Positions 18,164-28,269 of a stretch of 64,000 nucleotides of DNA are shown one piece after another. Each line of letters starts with the position of its first letter. The stretch's first letter is position 1. This DNA comes from Candidatus Nomurabacteria bacterium (lineage in GTDB: Bacteria; Patescibacteriota; Minisyncoccia; Phycocordibacterales; UBA5272). The position numbers were made by a program, and so were the translations under genes. Below the pieces are notes generated by a model. That model had not been told where the DNA came from. It was given only the letters and a program-made list of their open reading frames with translations, and did no database searches. The stretch is from positions 176,182 through 240,181 of the forward strand of contig JBAXSC010000001.1 in the NCBI GenBank assembly GCA_037130925.1, in the 5' to 3' direction.

Positions 18164-20230
18164 ATGAAAAATACAGAAAATACACAAGTTTTTCCAAATT
18201 GGAAAATGATTGCAAAGATACAAAAGTGGCAGAAGAAAGATTTTGATAAATTGTTGACAGACTATTTTGAAAATAAAAAAGAAGTTTATTCTCAAATAAA
18301 ATCTCTTAAAAAAGAAGACAGAAATTTTGAAAATACTATTCTTGCTTTAGAAAATTGTGGTGAAGAATTTAGTGATATATTTTTCCAGACATACGTGTTC
18401 GAAGTAACACATAAAGATAAGAATTATAGAGATATAATAAGCGAATTCAAAAAAGAACTAGCTGATAGATCTGTAGATATCGAATTTGATAAAGATTTAT
18501 ATTTTGCTTTAAAAGATTATATTGAAGGAAATTATTTAACAGAGAAAAATAAATTAGATAAGAGCTTCGGTATCGGTAGTATAAAGTTGGTAGAAGATAC
18601 TTTTAGATCATACAAAAGAATGGGATTTGATTTGGATAAAAAATCTCAAACTAAATTTAAAAATAACTTAAAAAAGATTTCTAGTCTTTCTATAGATTTT
18701 TCTAAAAATGTTAATGATTATAAGGATTTTATTTTGTGTACTAAAGAAGAGTTAAAAGGTTTACCTGAAGACGTTATTTCAAGCTTTGAAAAAGTTGATG
18801 GTAAATATCAAGTAACTTTAGCCTATCCTCACATGTCTCCTTTTATTAAATTTGCTGAGAGTCGCGAAAAAAGAAAAGAAATATCTGATAAGAATTACAA
18901 AAAAGGAGGAAAGAAAAATCTTGATATTTTAACAAAAGTTGTAGCACTTCGTGATGAGAATGCAAAATTGCTTTCTTATGCAAATCATGCTGATTTTGTC
19001 ACAGAAGAAAGAATGGCGAAAAACGAAAAAACTGCTAGAGAATTTTTGATTGATTTTATGTCAAAGCTTGAAAAAAGAGCGACACAAGAAATGAAAGATT
19101 TGAATGTTTTTGCTAAAGAGAATTTGGAAGAATATAAAGATTTAAAAAAAATAGAGTATTATGATCTAACTTTTGTAATGAATAAATTAAAAGAGCAAAA
19201 ATATTCTTTTGATAGCGCTAAATTAAAAGAATATTTTGAATTAGAACATGTATTAACAGAGATGTTTAATATTTTTGGAGAATTGTTTAATTTTAAAGTA
19301 AAAGAAATTGATGCGGTACAGAAAAAAGAAAAAGGAATAGTTTTGCAAGATAAAGACGTAAAATTATTTGAACTTAAAGATAAAAAAGATAATTCTGTGA
19401 TTTCTTATCTAGCTTTAGATCTCTTTCCAAGAGATGGAAAATATGGACATGCTTGTTCTGCGGAATTTGTTAATGGTGGAAATGTAAAAGTAGAAGATAA
19501 AACATTAAGAAAAGTTCCTTTAAATTTTATTATTTGTAATTTTCCAAGACCACAAAAGAAAACTCCTTCACTATTATCTGTTTATGAAGTAGAAGTTCTT
19601 TTCCATGAGTTTGGACATTCTCTTCATTATATGATGACAAAGGCTGTACATGTGTCACAGGCAGGATATCAGACTGTTTGGGATTTTGTGGAGGCTCCAT
19701 CACAATTTATGGAGAATTTTGTTTATCAAAAGAAATATCTATCAAAAATAGCAAAGCATTATATTACTAAAAAAGCTTTAGATGATAAAACTATTGAAAA
19801 AGTTATTGAATCTAGAAAATTTGGTAATAGTTCTAATTATTTTAGAATAGCAATATCTTCTATGTTTGATTTAGATCTTCATTCAAATAAAATTTCTGGT
19901 GATTCTGCGAAATATTTTAATTCCTTACTTAAAAAACATTTTGATTTTGATTTAGAACCGGATGCTATTTTCCCTGCAGGATTTGAGCATATTATGGGTG
20001 GTTATGATGCTGGATATTATTCTTATATGTGGGCACTTGTATATGCGCAAGACTTTTTCTCTATATTTAAAAATAATATAGACAATAAAGAAAAATTAAA
20101 AGAAATAGGTGAGAAATACAGAAAAGAAATACTTGAAGTTGGAAGTAGTCGCGACGAGCTCGAGTCTGCTAAGAAGTTTTTATGTAGACAGTCAAACAAT
20201 AAGGCTTTTTTGAAAGATATTTCAGCTTAA
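18164..20230 (+). CDS. M3A metallopeptidase (oligopeptidase A/thimet-like)
   Basis: DLFPRDGKYGHA, FHEFGH, DFVEAPSQ, GYYSYMWA. Confidence 0.95.
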   Translation: MKNTENTQVFPNWKMIAKIQKWQKKDFDKLLTDYFENKKEVYSQIKSLKKEDRNFENTILALENCGEEFSDIFFQTYVFEVTHKDKNYRDIISEFKKELADRSVDIEFDKDLYFALKDYIEGNYLTEKNKLDKSFGIGSIKLVEDTFRSYKRMGFDLDKKSQTKFKNNLKKISSLSIDFSKNVNDYKDFILCTKEELKGLPEDVISSFEKVDGKYQVTLAYPHMSPFIKFAESREKRKEISDKNYKKGGKKNLDILTKVVALRDENAKLLSYANHADFVTEERMAKNEKTAREFLIDFMSKLEKRATQEMKDLNVFAKENLEEYKDLKKIEYYDLTFVMNKLKEQKYSFDSAKLKEYFELEHVLTEMFNIFGELFNFKVKEIDAVQKKEKGIVLQDKDVKLFELKDKKDNSVISYLALDLFPRDGKYGHACSAEFVNGGNVKVEDKTLRKVPLNFIICNFPRPQKKTPSLLSVYEVEVLFHEFGHSLHYMMTKAVHVSQAGYQTVWDFVEAPSQFMENFVYQKKYLSKIAKHYITKKALDDKTIEKVIESRKFGNSSNYFRIAISSMFDLDLHSNKISGDSAKYFNSLLKKHFDFDLEPDAIFPAGFEHIMGGYDAGYYSYMWALVYAQDFFSIFKNNIDNKEKLKEIGEKYRKEILEVGSSRDELESAKKFLCRQSNNKAFLKDISA

Positions 20231-20370
20231 GTTTAAAACTTTAAATAAAACAGTTGTATTTATACGGCTGTTTTATTTTGCTTTAATTTAGATTTTGTGG
20301 TATTATTATGAAATCTTAAAAGCAGAAAATGCTTTTATTTTTATCACTTAAATTATAAAAATTTAAAATT

Positions 20371-22179
20371 ATGAATCAAGAATATACAGAAATTAGAAAT
20401 ATAGCTATTATTGCTCACGTGGACCACGGAAAAACAACTTTAACAGACGCTCTTATGAAGGAGTGTGGAGTTTTGGAAGAAGGTTTTTCAATGGATACAA
20501 ATGATCTTGAAAAAGAAAGAGGTATTACTATTTATGCTAAAAACACTTCTGTATTTTATAAAGGTGTGAAAATCAACATTCTTGACACTCCGGGCCATGC
20601 TGACTTTGGATCAGAAGTAGAGCGTGTTCTTCGTTCTATTGACTCAGTTTTGCTTTTAGTTGATGCTCAAGAAGGACCAATGCCACAAACAAGATTTGTG
20701 CTTAAAAAGTCTCTAGAGCTCGGTTTAAAGCCTATAGTCGTGATTAATAAGATTGATAAACCAGCATCTGATTGTCAGAGAGTTCATGATGAAGTTTTTG
20801 AATTATTCTTAGAGCTTGGCGCAAATGATGAGCAATTAGACTTTACAACTGTATATGCTATTGGTCGTGAGGGAGTTGCGATGAAAAATCTTATTGATGA
20901 AAGAAAAAATCTAGAGCCACTTTTAAATACAATTTTAGAGAAAGTTCCAAAGGCAGTAGGTGATAAAAATAATTCTTTTGTAGCACAAGTATTCAATCTT
21001 GCTTATGACAATTTCCTTGGACGTATGGCAGTAGCTCGTGTTTATGAAGGAGAAGCTAAAGTCGGAGAAACAATTTTTGTAAGAGATCAATTTTCTGGAA
21101 AAATTACAAGTGGAAAAATTACAAAAATTTATACATTTATTGGTGTTAAAAAAATAGAGTCAGAATCATGTAGTGCTGGAGACATTGTTATGATTGCAGG
21201 ATTCCCTGATATTTTCATTGGAGAGAGTTTCTTGAAAGATCAAAATGGTCAAGGAAAGCCAGCTATTCATGTAGATGAGCCAACAATCTCTCTAAACTTT
21301 TTAGTGAACGACTCTCCATTTGCAGGAAAAGAAGGAAAATTTGTGACATCACGCCAAATTAGAGATAGATTAGAAAAAGAATTAGAAGTAAATGTGGGAT
21401 TAAAAGTTGATTTTGATAATACAGATAAATATCTTGTTTATGGTAGAGGAGAAATGCATGTTGCTGTGCTTCTTGAAAATATGAGAAGAGAAGGATATGA
21501 ATTACAAGTTTCTCAACCACAAGTTATTTTTCATGAAAAAGAAAATGGTGATAAAGAAGAGCCTTTTGAAGAAGTGGTAGTTGATGTACCGACAGAATTC
21601 TCTGGAGTTGTGATGGAAAAACTTGGAAGAAGAAAAGGTATGGTTCTTGATATGACAGAAAGAGAAGGAATTACTCGTATCAAGGCTGAAGTTCCTACAA
21701 GAGGATTATTAGGATACAGAGGTGAATTTATTATTGATACAAAAGGTCTCGGAATTCTTTCTTCACGCTTTAGAAAATTTGCTGACTATGTTGGTCCAAT
21801 CCAAAGAAAATTATTCGGATCTATGACAAGTATGGAAAGTGGAAAAGCTCTCGGATTCTCACTTTGGAATTTACAAGACAGAGGAGTTATCTATATTGGT
21901 CCAGCTACAGAAGTTTATGCTGGTATGATTATTGGAAATACAAGTAAAGGAGAAGAAATGACAGTTAATCCAACAAAAGGAAAGCAATTATCAAATATGC
22001 GTTCTTCTGGTGCTGATGAAGCTATTAATCTTGTTCCGGCATGGGAGATTTCAATCGAAAGAGGACTTGAAATTATGAATGAAGATGAATATCTTGAAGT
22101 TACTCCAAAATCAGTGAGATTAAGAAAACAAATACTTGATGAAGGAATGCGTGCGAAAGTAAATAGAAATAAATCATAA
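20371..22179 (+). CDS. typA: translational GTPase TypA/BipA
   Basis: [34 protein letters not shown]. Confidence 0.98.
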   Translation: MNQEYTEIRNIAIIAHVDHGKTTLTDALMKECGVLEEGFSMDTNDLEKERGITIYAKNTSVFYKGVKINILDTPGHADFGSEVERVLRSIDSVLLLVDAQEGPMPQTRFVLKKSLELGLKPIVVINKIDKPASDCQRVHDEVFELFLELGANDEQLDFTTVYAIGREGVAMKNLIDERKNLEPLLNTILEKVPKAVGDKNNSFVAQVFNLAYDNFLGRMAVARVYEGEAKVGETIFVRDQFSGKITSGKITKIYTFIGVKKIESESCSAGDIVMIAGFPDIFIGESFLKDQNGQGKPAIHVDEPTISLNFLVNDSPFAGKEGKFVTSRQIRDRLEKELEVNVGLKVDFDNTDKYLVYGRGEMHVAVLLENMRREGYELQVSQPQVIFHEKENGDKEEPFEEVVVDVPTEFSGVVMEKLGRRKGMVLDMTEREGITRIKAEVPTRGLLGYRGEFIIDTKGLGILSSRFRKFADYVGPIQRKLFGSMTSMESGKALGFSLWNLQDRGVIYIGPATEVYAGMIIGNTSKGEEMTVNPTKGKQLSNMRSSGADEAINLVPAWEISIERGLEIMNEDEYLEVTPKSVRLRKQILDEGMRAKVNRNKS

Positions 22180-22252
22180 TTTTAAAAATTATAATTATAA
22201 TAAAAATATCCTTACAAAATAAGGATATTTTTGTTATTCAAATTAAATATAC

Positions 22253-22370
22253 TTGACAAATAATATTAAAAGAGTATAGTGATTTATAGATAAATTTTGT
22301 TCTTTTAAATTAAAATTAAGAACAAATTTAAATTTCTAAAAATATTTTTTAATTATTCAAATTTTAAACA
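22253..22370 (+). promoter_or_regulatory. promoter + boxA-like hairpin leader (copy 2 of 3)
   Basis: TTGACA-N16-TATAGT; TTTGTTCTT...AAGAACAAA stem. Confidence 0.75.
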
Positions 22371-22910
22371 ATGAATAGCAATTTATCAATTTACAAAGAT
22401 GGTGAAAAAATCACAGGTAATGAACATGTAATTAAAACAGAAGTTATTGCAGGAGCTACCTGCTATTTTATCTCAGAACTTTGTTTTAAAGTTTCTACTG
22501 AAGATCTTGTATTGTTACAAGATAATACTGAAGCAATTAATGTTTTTAGTAAACTTGGAGATAGAGAAGAAAATGTGTTAAATGAATGGCCAAAAGCAAA
22601 AATACTTCCAAATTGGATTTATTTTGTAAAAAAAGGAAAACACATTTCTAGTAACGAAGTAGAAAAACTTTATGAAGAAATCATGCTGAGAGTAGAATTA
22701 AATGTTATTGCAGCATTTAATTCAAAATATCCAGAATTTCATAAAAGTGTCCGAAATGGGATTCAAATAAAAAATTCTAAAGGTGACTTCTGTTCTGCTG
22801 TTTTTGGTTGCTGGCCAGAAGATTCAAGTGTTCATATTGAGCTGTTACATTTACATGATAGTGAATATGAGTGGGGATTTTATTGGTGGTTTCCTGGGTT
22901 TATTAAGTAG
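22371..22910 (+). CDS. hypothetical protein
   Basis: 179-aa ORF with aromatic-rich C-terminus; own promoter and downstream hairpin. Confidence 0.75.
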   Translation: MNSNLSIYKDGEKITGNEHVIKTEVIAGATCYFISELCFKVSTEDLVLLQDNTEAINVFSKLGDREENVLNEWPKAKILPNWIYFVKKGKHISSNEVEKLYEEIMLRVELNVIAAFNSKYPEFHKSVRNGIQIKNSKGDFCSAVFGCWPEDSSVHIELLHLHDSEYEWGFYWWFPGFIK

Positions 22911-23013
22911 TTTTTTCTTTTCAAACTTTGTTTTTTATTAGACCTTTAACTTTAAAAAAAGTTGAAGGTCTTTTTTGTTATATAATATATTCACTATTGT
23001 ATTAATATTTAAT

Positions 23014-23649
23014 ATGCATATACGCTCAAAAAAGAATTTAAAGCCAGGACTGAATGATAGATCTATTAGTCGATTAATTTTTTCTATTGTGATTGTTTTT
23101 ATAATGCTCGGATTAGTTTTTTCTTTAGGAAATATTGGAAAGAGTCGTAAATTGGATTTTAATTTTTTATCCAGATTCCAAGATAAATTTAAAAAACAAG
23201 AAGTTGCTACGACTACTAGTATGGCTTGGATTTTAAATCCTTCTAAAATTTTAAAAACAAATGATGGGCAGGAAATATATATACAAATTGCATCTACATC
23301 ACAAGAAGAAGCAGATGGACTTTCTTGGAAAGACCAATTAAAAGTTTATAATCAAAATGGAAAAATAAATACTGAAGGAATGCTTTTTGATTTTAAATTT
23401 CCAAAGATAGAAAATTTTTGGATGAAAGATATGAATTTTGATCTTGATATGATTTGGCTTGATAGTAATTATAAAATAGTTCATATAGAGAAAAATGCTT
23501 TAGCAAGTTCATATAATAAAGAAGATCCAAATTCTTCGCAGATTTTTTCTAATGATAATGATCATTTAGCTCAATATGTTTTAGAAATAAATGCTGGATT
23601 AGTAGATAAAATGAATTTAAAAGAAGGGGATACTTTAATCACTAATTAA
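23014..23649 (+). CDS. DUF192 domain protein with N-terminal TM
   Basis: GMLFDF, FWMKDMNFDLDMIW, YVLEINAG. Confidence 0.9.
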   Translation: MHIRSKKNLKPGLNDRSISRLIFSIVIVFIMLGLVFSLGNIGKSRKLDFNFLSRFQDKFKKQEVATTTSMAWILNPSKILKTNDGQEIYIQIASTSQEEADGLSWKDQLKVYNQNGKINTEGMLFDFKFPKIENFWMKDMNFDLDMIWLDSNYKIVHIEKNALASSYNKEDPNSSQIFSNDNDHLAQYVLEINAGLVDKMNLKEGDTLITN

Positions 23650-23733
23650 TTTATTTTAAATTTTATAGAATATCTGATTGGTTAAAAAGGCTAATTTGTG
23701 CTATATTTTAATAGATTAAATCAAAACTAAGCA

Positions 23734-25509
23734 ATGCAAAATATCAGAAATTTCTCAATTATTGCACATATTGATCACGGGAAGTCTACTTTGGCTGACC
23801 GTCTTTTAGAGTTTACTCATACAGTAGAAAACAGAAAAATGAAGAATCAGGTTCTTGATTCTATGGATCTTGAAAGAGAAAGAGGTATTACAATTAAAAT
23901 GACTCCAGTGAGAATGGAATATAAAAATTATATTTTAAATCTTATTGATACTCCAGGACATATAGATTTTTCTTATGAAGTTTCTCGTAGTTTGAGAGCT
24001 GTAGAAGGAGCTTTGCTTTTAGTTGATGCGACACAAGGTGTTCAGGCTCAGACTTTAACAACTCTAGAAATGGCACAAAATGCAGAGCTGACAATTATTC
24101 CTGTTATTAATAAAATAGACTCTCCTATTGCTGACGTGGAAGGTGTAAAAGCACAAATTATAAGTTTATTAAAAATAAAATCAGAAGATATTATTTTAGT
24201 TTCTGGAAAGACTGGTGAAGGAGTAGAAACTTTGCTTGAAGAAATAATTACAAAAATACCAGAACCTAAAATTGAAAAAGTTGAAAAAAAATCTTTCCGT
24301 GCACTTATTTTTGATTTTGAATATTCAAATCACGAAGGAGTTATTTTGTATGTGAGAATTTTAAATGGAAGCGTCAAAAGAAATGACGAATTAACTTTTA
24401 TAAAATCCAAATATAGATTTTTAGTGAGAAATGTCGGAGTATTTAAACCGCAAAAATTAGAAAACAAAGAATTAACAGAAGGCGAAATTGGATACATTGT
24501 GACAGGCATAAAAGAGCCTGGAGTTGCAAGAGTTGGAGATACTGTGACTACTTTTGCTCATCCTCTTCCAGCTTTTGCTGGATATGAAGAACCTACACCT
24601 TTGGTATTTGCTTCTGTATATCCTGAGACTCAAGATGAATTTGATGATTTACGCTCTGCATTATGGAAATTGCGTTTATCTGACTCATCTTTAACTTTTG
24701 AAGAAGAGGCTAGTGGTGCGCTCGGTAGAGGCTTTAGATGTGGATTTTTAGGTATGTTACACCTTGAAATTGTCACAGAAAGACTAAGAAGAGAGTTTGA
24801 TCAAGAATTAATTGTGACTCAACCATCTATTACTTATGATGTGGAATTAAAAGATCGTTCACATGAGAAAGTTTATACTCCTATACATTTTCCAGATCAT
24901 GGATATTATTTATCTGTCAGAGAACCTTGGATTGTTTTAACTATTATTTCTCCTAATGATTATTTATCAAATATGATACAGCTCTTCCAGAGACATGAAG
25001 GAGAGATTTTGGATATGAAAGATTGGGGAGAAAACAGAATTAATATTCAGCTTTCAATGCCTCTCCGTGAATTGATGAGAAACTTTTTTGACGAATTAAA
25101 ATCTGCGTCTAGTGGATATGCTTCTATTTCTTACAAAATGGGCGAAATGCGTGACGCCCAAGTGACTCGTCTCGATGTGTATATTGCCGAAGAAAGAGTT
25201 GCTGCTTTTTCAAGAGTTATACCAGAATACAGAACAGAAGAAGAGTCTGAAGAAGTGGTAGAAAAACTTTTTAAAATTTTACCTAAAGAATTATTTAGAG
25301 TTAAAATTCAAGCAATGGTAAAAGGAAGAATTGTCGCATCAAGATCTATTGCTCCAATGAAAAAAGATGTGACAGGATATCTTTATGGAGGAGACATTAC
25401 TCGTAAAATGAAGCTTCGTGATAAACAGAAAAAAGGTAAAAAGAGAATGCAGAGAGATGGAAAGGTACATATAGAGCATGACACATTTTTACAAATGATG
25501 AAAAAATAA
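23734..25509 (+). CDS. lepA: elongation factor 4 (LepA)
   Basis: IAHIDHGKSTLADR, GFRCGFLGMLH, YGGDITRK. Confidence 0.98.
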   Translation: MQNIRNFSIIAHIDHGKSTLADRLLEFTHTVENRKMKNQVLDSMDLERERGITIKMTPVRMEYKNYILNLIDTPGHIDFSYEVSRSLRAVEGALLLVDATQGVQAQTLTTLEMAQNAELTIIPVINKIDSPIADVEGVKAQIISLLKIKSEDIILVSGKTGEGVETLLEEIITKIPEPKIEKVEKKSFRALIFDFEYSNHEGVILYVRILNGSVKRNDELTFIKSKYRFLVRNVGVFKPQKLENKELTEGEIGYIVTGIKEPGVARVGDTVTTFAHPLPAFAGYEEPTPLVFASVYPETQDEFDDLRSALWKLRLSDSSLTFEEEASGALGRGFRCGFLGMLHLEIVTERLRREFDQELIVTQPSITYDVELKDRSHEKVYTPIHFPDHGYYLSVREPWIVLTIISPNDYLSNMIQLFQRHEGEILDMKDWGENRINIQLSMPLRELMRNFFDELKSASSGYASISYKMGEMRDAQVTRLDVYIAEERVAAFSRVIPEYRTEEESEEVVEKLFKILPKELFRVKIQAMVKGRIVASRSIAPMKKDVTGYLYGGDITRKMKLRDKQKKGKKRMQRDGKVHIEHDTFLQMMKK

Positions 25510-25551
25510 AAACCAGAAATATATTTCTGGTTTTTATTTTTTTTAATATCT

Positions 25552-25659
25552 TTAGCGTAAAAGAGGTATTAATAAGAATCCAATCATTGCTACAGCCATT
25601 AATACAGCTACGACTTTATATATTCTATCTACGGTCTTTTTATGATGAGTTTTAAACAT
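25552..25659 (-). CDS. 35-aa small membrane protein (not in ORF track)
   Basis: MFKTHHKKTVDRIYKVVAVLMAVAMIGFLLIPLLR*; basic N-terminus + TM; ends at a terminator shared with lepA. Confidence 0.65.
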   Translation of the reverse strand: MFKTHHKKTVDRIYKVVAVLMAVAMIGFLLIPLLR

Positions 25660-25748
25660 AAATTTATTTTATTTATAAATTATAGCATTTTGCTTTATTT
25701 TTTAAAAGTTTATTTTTCTATGTTAAAATATCTTAATAAATCAATTTT

Positions 25749-26129
25749 ATGAGACAATATAAGGAAAAATTCCTTTGGAGAAATATTTTCTATAGTAATT
25801 TTACTATAGTCGTCATATCTATTTTACTTTTTTTTGTGATAAGTGGTCTTTATAAACTTTATGTAAAATATGAGATAACTCAAGCTGATTTGGTTTCTGT
25901 AAATAAGGATAAATTAGATGAACAGCAAAAGCTTGCTGCTACTCAAAATAAATTAGATGCTATAAATACTGAGCCAGGACAAGAAAAATATATTCGTGAG
26001 ACTTATTCTCTTAAAAAGCAAGGTGAGGGTGTGATTATTATATACGATACACCTTCATCTACCTATGTTATTCCTAAAAGTTCCACATTTTGGGATTCTG
26101 TAAAATCTTTCTTTCAAAATTTGTGGTAA
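25749..26129 (+). CDS. FtsB/DivIC-like septum formation protein
   Basis: TM, coiled coil, EKYIRE.YSLKKQGEGVI motif. Confidence 0.7.
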   Translation: MRQYKEKFLWRNIFYSNFTIVVISILLFFVISGLYKLYVKYEITQADLVSVNKDKLDEQQKLAATQNKLDAINTEPGQEKYIRETYSLKKQGEGVIIIYDTPSSTYVIPKSSTFWDSVKSFFQNLW

Positions 26130-26182
26130 GAAATATACGTGATATACTATTTAAATAACAAAGATTAAAAATTAATAAATTT

Positions 26183-26431
26183 ATGAATAATACAAAAAAA
26201 ATAGAAATCTTTAGTACTCCGGTCTGTCATTTTTGTAGTTTAGCAAAAGATTGGCTAAAGGAAAAAGGTGTCGAATATACAGAATATAATGTAGCTGCTG
26301 ATATTGAAAAAAGAAAAGAAATGGTAGAAATGACAGGTCAGCTAGGTGTACCAGTTATAAAAATAGGTGAAGATGTATTAATCGGATTTAATCCTAACAA
26401 AATGGCGGAAATACTTTCTATTACTCTCTAG
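26183..26431 (+). CDS. glutaredoxin / NrdH-like redoxin
   Basis: CHFC active site, GQLGVPVI, GF. Confidence 0.92.
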   Translation: MNNTKKIEIFSTPVCHFCSLAKDWLKEKGVEYTEYNVAADIEKRKEMVEMTGQLGVPVIKIGEDVLIGFNPNKMAEILSITL

Positions 26432-26523
26432 AATTTGAATAATAAATAAAATAAAATCTCAGATAACCTGGGGTTTTATTTTTGGAAAAAAAGGATTTTT
26501 ATGATAATATGTATATAACCCTT

Positions 26524-26596
26524 GCCGAGATAGCTCAGTTGGTAGAGCATTTCCCTGAAGAGGAAGGGGTCGCCAGTTCGAGCCTGGCTCTCGGCA
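26524..26596 (+). tRNA. tRNA-Phe(GAA)
   Basis: GCCGAGA...TCTCGGCA; anticodon loop CTGAAGA. Confidence 0.95.
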
Positions 26597-26657
26597 CAAA
26601 GAAGTTTAAATAAACAAAAAAGACAAATATTTAATTTGTCTTTTTTGTTTTGTGTAA

Positions 26658-26984
26658 TTATTTTCCTATACTATTCAATACTGATTTTACTTTTCCAAAG
26701 TCTGGTAAATTATTTAGTCTATCTGAAATATTTAATATTACGTTTTTTAATCCTATGAATTGATTCAAGATTGAGTTTGCAGCTGGTTGTAATAAATAAT
26801 AAGCACCAAAGGCGACACTGATAACTATTATCCAATATGCAATCTTTAAATTATTTGCTAATTTTTGACTGCTTCTTATTTTTTTTAATAATTCATTATT
26901 TTCTTCCAAAATTTCGAGCATTCTCTTTTCTAGAGATATTATTTTCTCTTCATTATTAAGATGATTATTATTTTCTTTTTCCAT
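26658..26984 (-). CDS. hypothetical membrane protein
   Basis: Coiled coil + one TM. Confidence 0.7.
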   Translation of the reverse strand: MEKENNNHLNNEEKIISLEKRMLEILEENNELLKKIRSSQKLANNLKIAYWIIVISVAFGAYYLLQPAANSILNQFIGLKNVILNISDRLNNLPDFGKVKSVLNSIGK

Positions 26985-27010
26985 AATTTTATTTATTTAA
27001 TTATAACATG

Positions 27011-27082
27011 TGCTCTCGGCAGGAATCGAACCCACAAACCCTCCTTAGGACGGAGGAGTTATATCCATTTAACTACGAGAGC
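27011..27082 (-). tRNA. tRNA-Arg(CCT)
   Basis: Reverse complement GCTCTCG...CCTCC-GTCCTAA-GGAGG...GGTTCGATTCC...CGAGAGCA. Confidence 0.9.
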
Positions 27083-27180
27083 TTTGAAATTAATAATAAC
27101 ATAATAATTTGCTTTTTTATAGATTTGTGTTAGATTAACTCTGATATTTCGTTATTTTAAATCTATTAAATTTATTAATC

Positions 27181-27549
27181 ATGTCAAAATGTATTTATTT
27201 AACACCAGAAGGTGTTTGTCCTATTTGTGGTGGAAAAACCAAGAATTCTATCAGAAGGTTTAATATTTGGCGTACAGATTTTTATTATGGAGAAGAAGGT
27301 TTTTCTATTAATGAAAAAGTAAACCCTTCTGTTGACGTTGAAACTAGTATTTGTAACAAATGCTGGAATAATGGTAACAAATTTGGACTTGTTGGGATCA
27401 ATGAGAATGCTATTCTCGATGACTTGAGAAAGGTTTATCATTTTAAAAATGGAGCCGAATTCAGGCCGATTTGTTATTTTTTCAAGTACGGAATAAAAAT
27501 AGTTGTTCCGTACAGAGAAAAAAAAGAAAACATAAGTATGAGGGTTTAA
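27181..27549 (+). CDS. hypothetical protein, possible Zn ribbon
   Basis: CPIC...CNKC; followed by hairpin terminator at ~27575-27605. Confidence 0.65.
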   Translation: MSKCIYLTPEGVCPICGGKTKNSIRRFNIWRTDFYYGEEGFSINEKVNPSVDVETSICNKCWNNGNKFGLVGINENAILDDLRKVYHFKNGAEFRPICYFFKYGIKIVVPYREKKENISMRV

Positions 27550-27615
27550 AAATTCTTTTAACTTTTAATTGAAAAAGCCGATGAAATTTTCATCGGCTTT
27601 TTGTTTTGATTTTAT

Positions 27616-28125
27616 TTAGATACTTTTAACTTTCACTTTCGCTAATTTTGCTTTATCAACTTTTGGTAGGCGAATGATTAGTAAACCATGTTTTTCTACA
27701 GCTTCCACATTTTCAATTTCTATTTCATGAGGAAGTAAAATACTTCTTGAAAATGATCCCCAGTATAGCTCACGATAGAAGTAGTCATCTTCTGAGATTT
27801 GAGTATTACCGTCACGGCGACCTTTTATTGTGACCATATCACGAGTAATTGAGATCTGAAGATCTTCTGGCTTTACTCCAGCAAGCATTGCTTCTATGAT
27901 CATTTCATTTTGAGTTTGATAAACATCTACAGATAGTTCACCATCTTCTTCTTCGAATTCTTCTGTTGGAGTTAAATTGCTAATTGTTCTCTCTGCTTCG
28001 TTGAATTTTTTCATTCCTCCTCTTCTTTCGATTTGGACTTCCATTTCTTCTTCCTCTGGATCAGTATCTTCAACCATTACAGATCCTGCAAGTCTTTCAA
28101 AAAATGATTTTTTTTCTTTTGACAT
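27616..28125 (-). CDS. Hsp20/alpha-crystallin small heat-shock protein
   Basis: VDVYQT, RELYWGSFSRSILLP, HGLLIIRLPK. Confidence 0.93.
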   Translation of the reverse strand: MSKEKKSFFERLAGSVMVEDTDPEEEEMEVQIERRGGMKKFNEAERTISNLTPTEEFEEEDGELSVDVYQTQNEMIIEAMLAGVKPEDLQISITRDMVTIKGRRDGNTQISEDDYFYRELYWGSFSRSILLPHEIEIENVEAVEKHGLLIIRLPKVDKAKLAKVKVKSI

Positions 28126-28230
28126 AAATTTAATAGTACCTAATTTTTATAAATAAAATCTAAACTAACTTTTTAATATTATATTTATTATACAATATTA
28201 TTTTAAATAGTATTAATAAAAATGCAAGAG

Positions 28231-28239
28231 TTATCCACA
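28231..28239 (+). promoter_or_regulatory. perfect DnaA box
   Basis: TTATCCACA upstream of hsp20. Confidence 0.55.
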
Positions 28240-28269
28240 GTAAAGAAAAAATAAATTAAATTACAAAAA

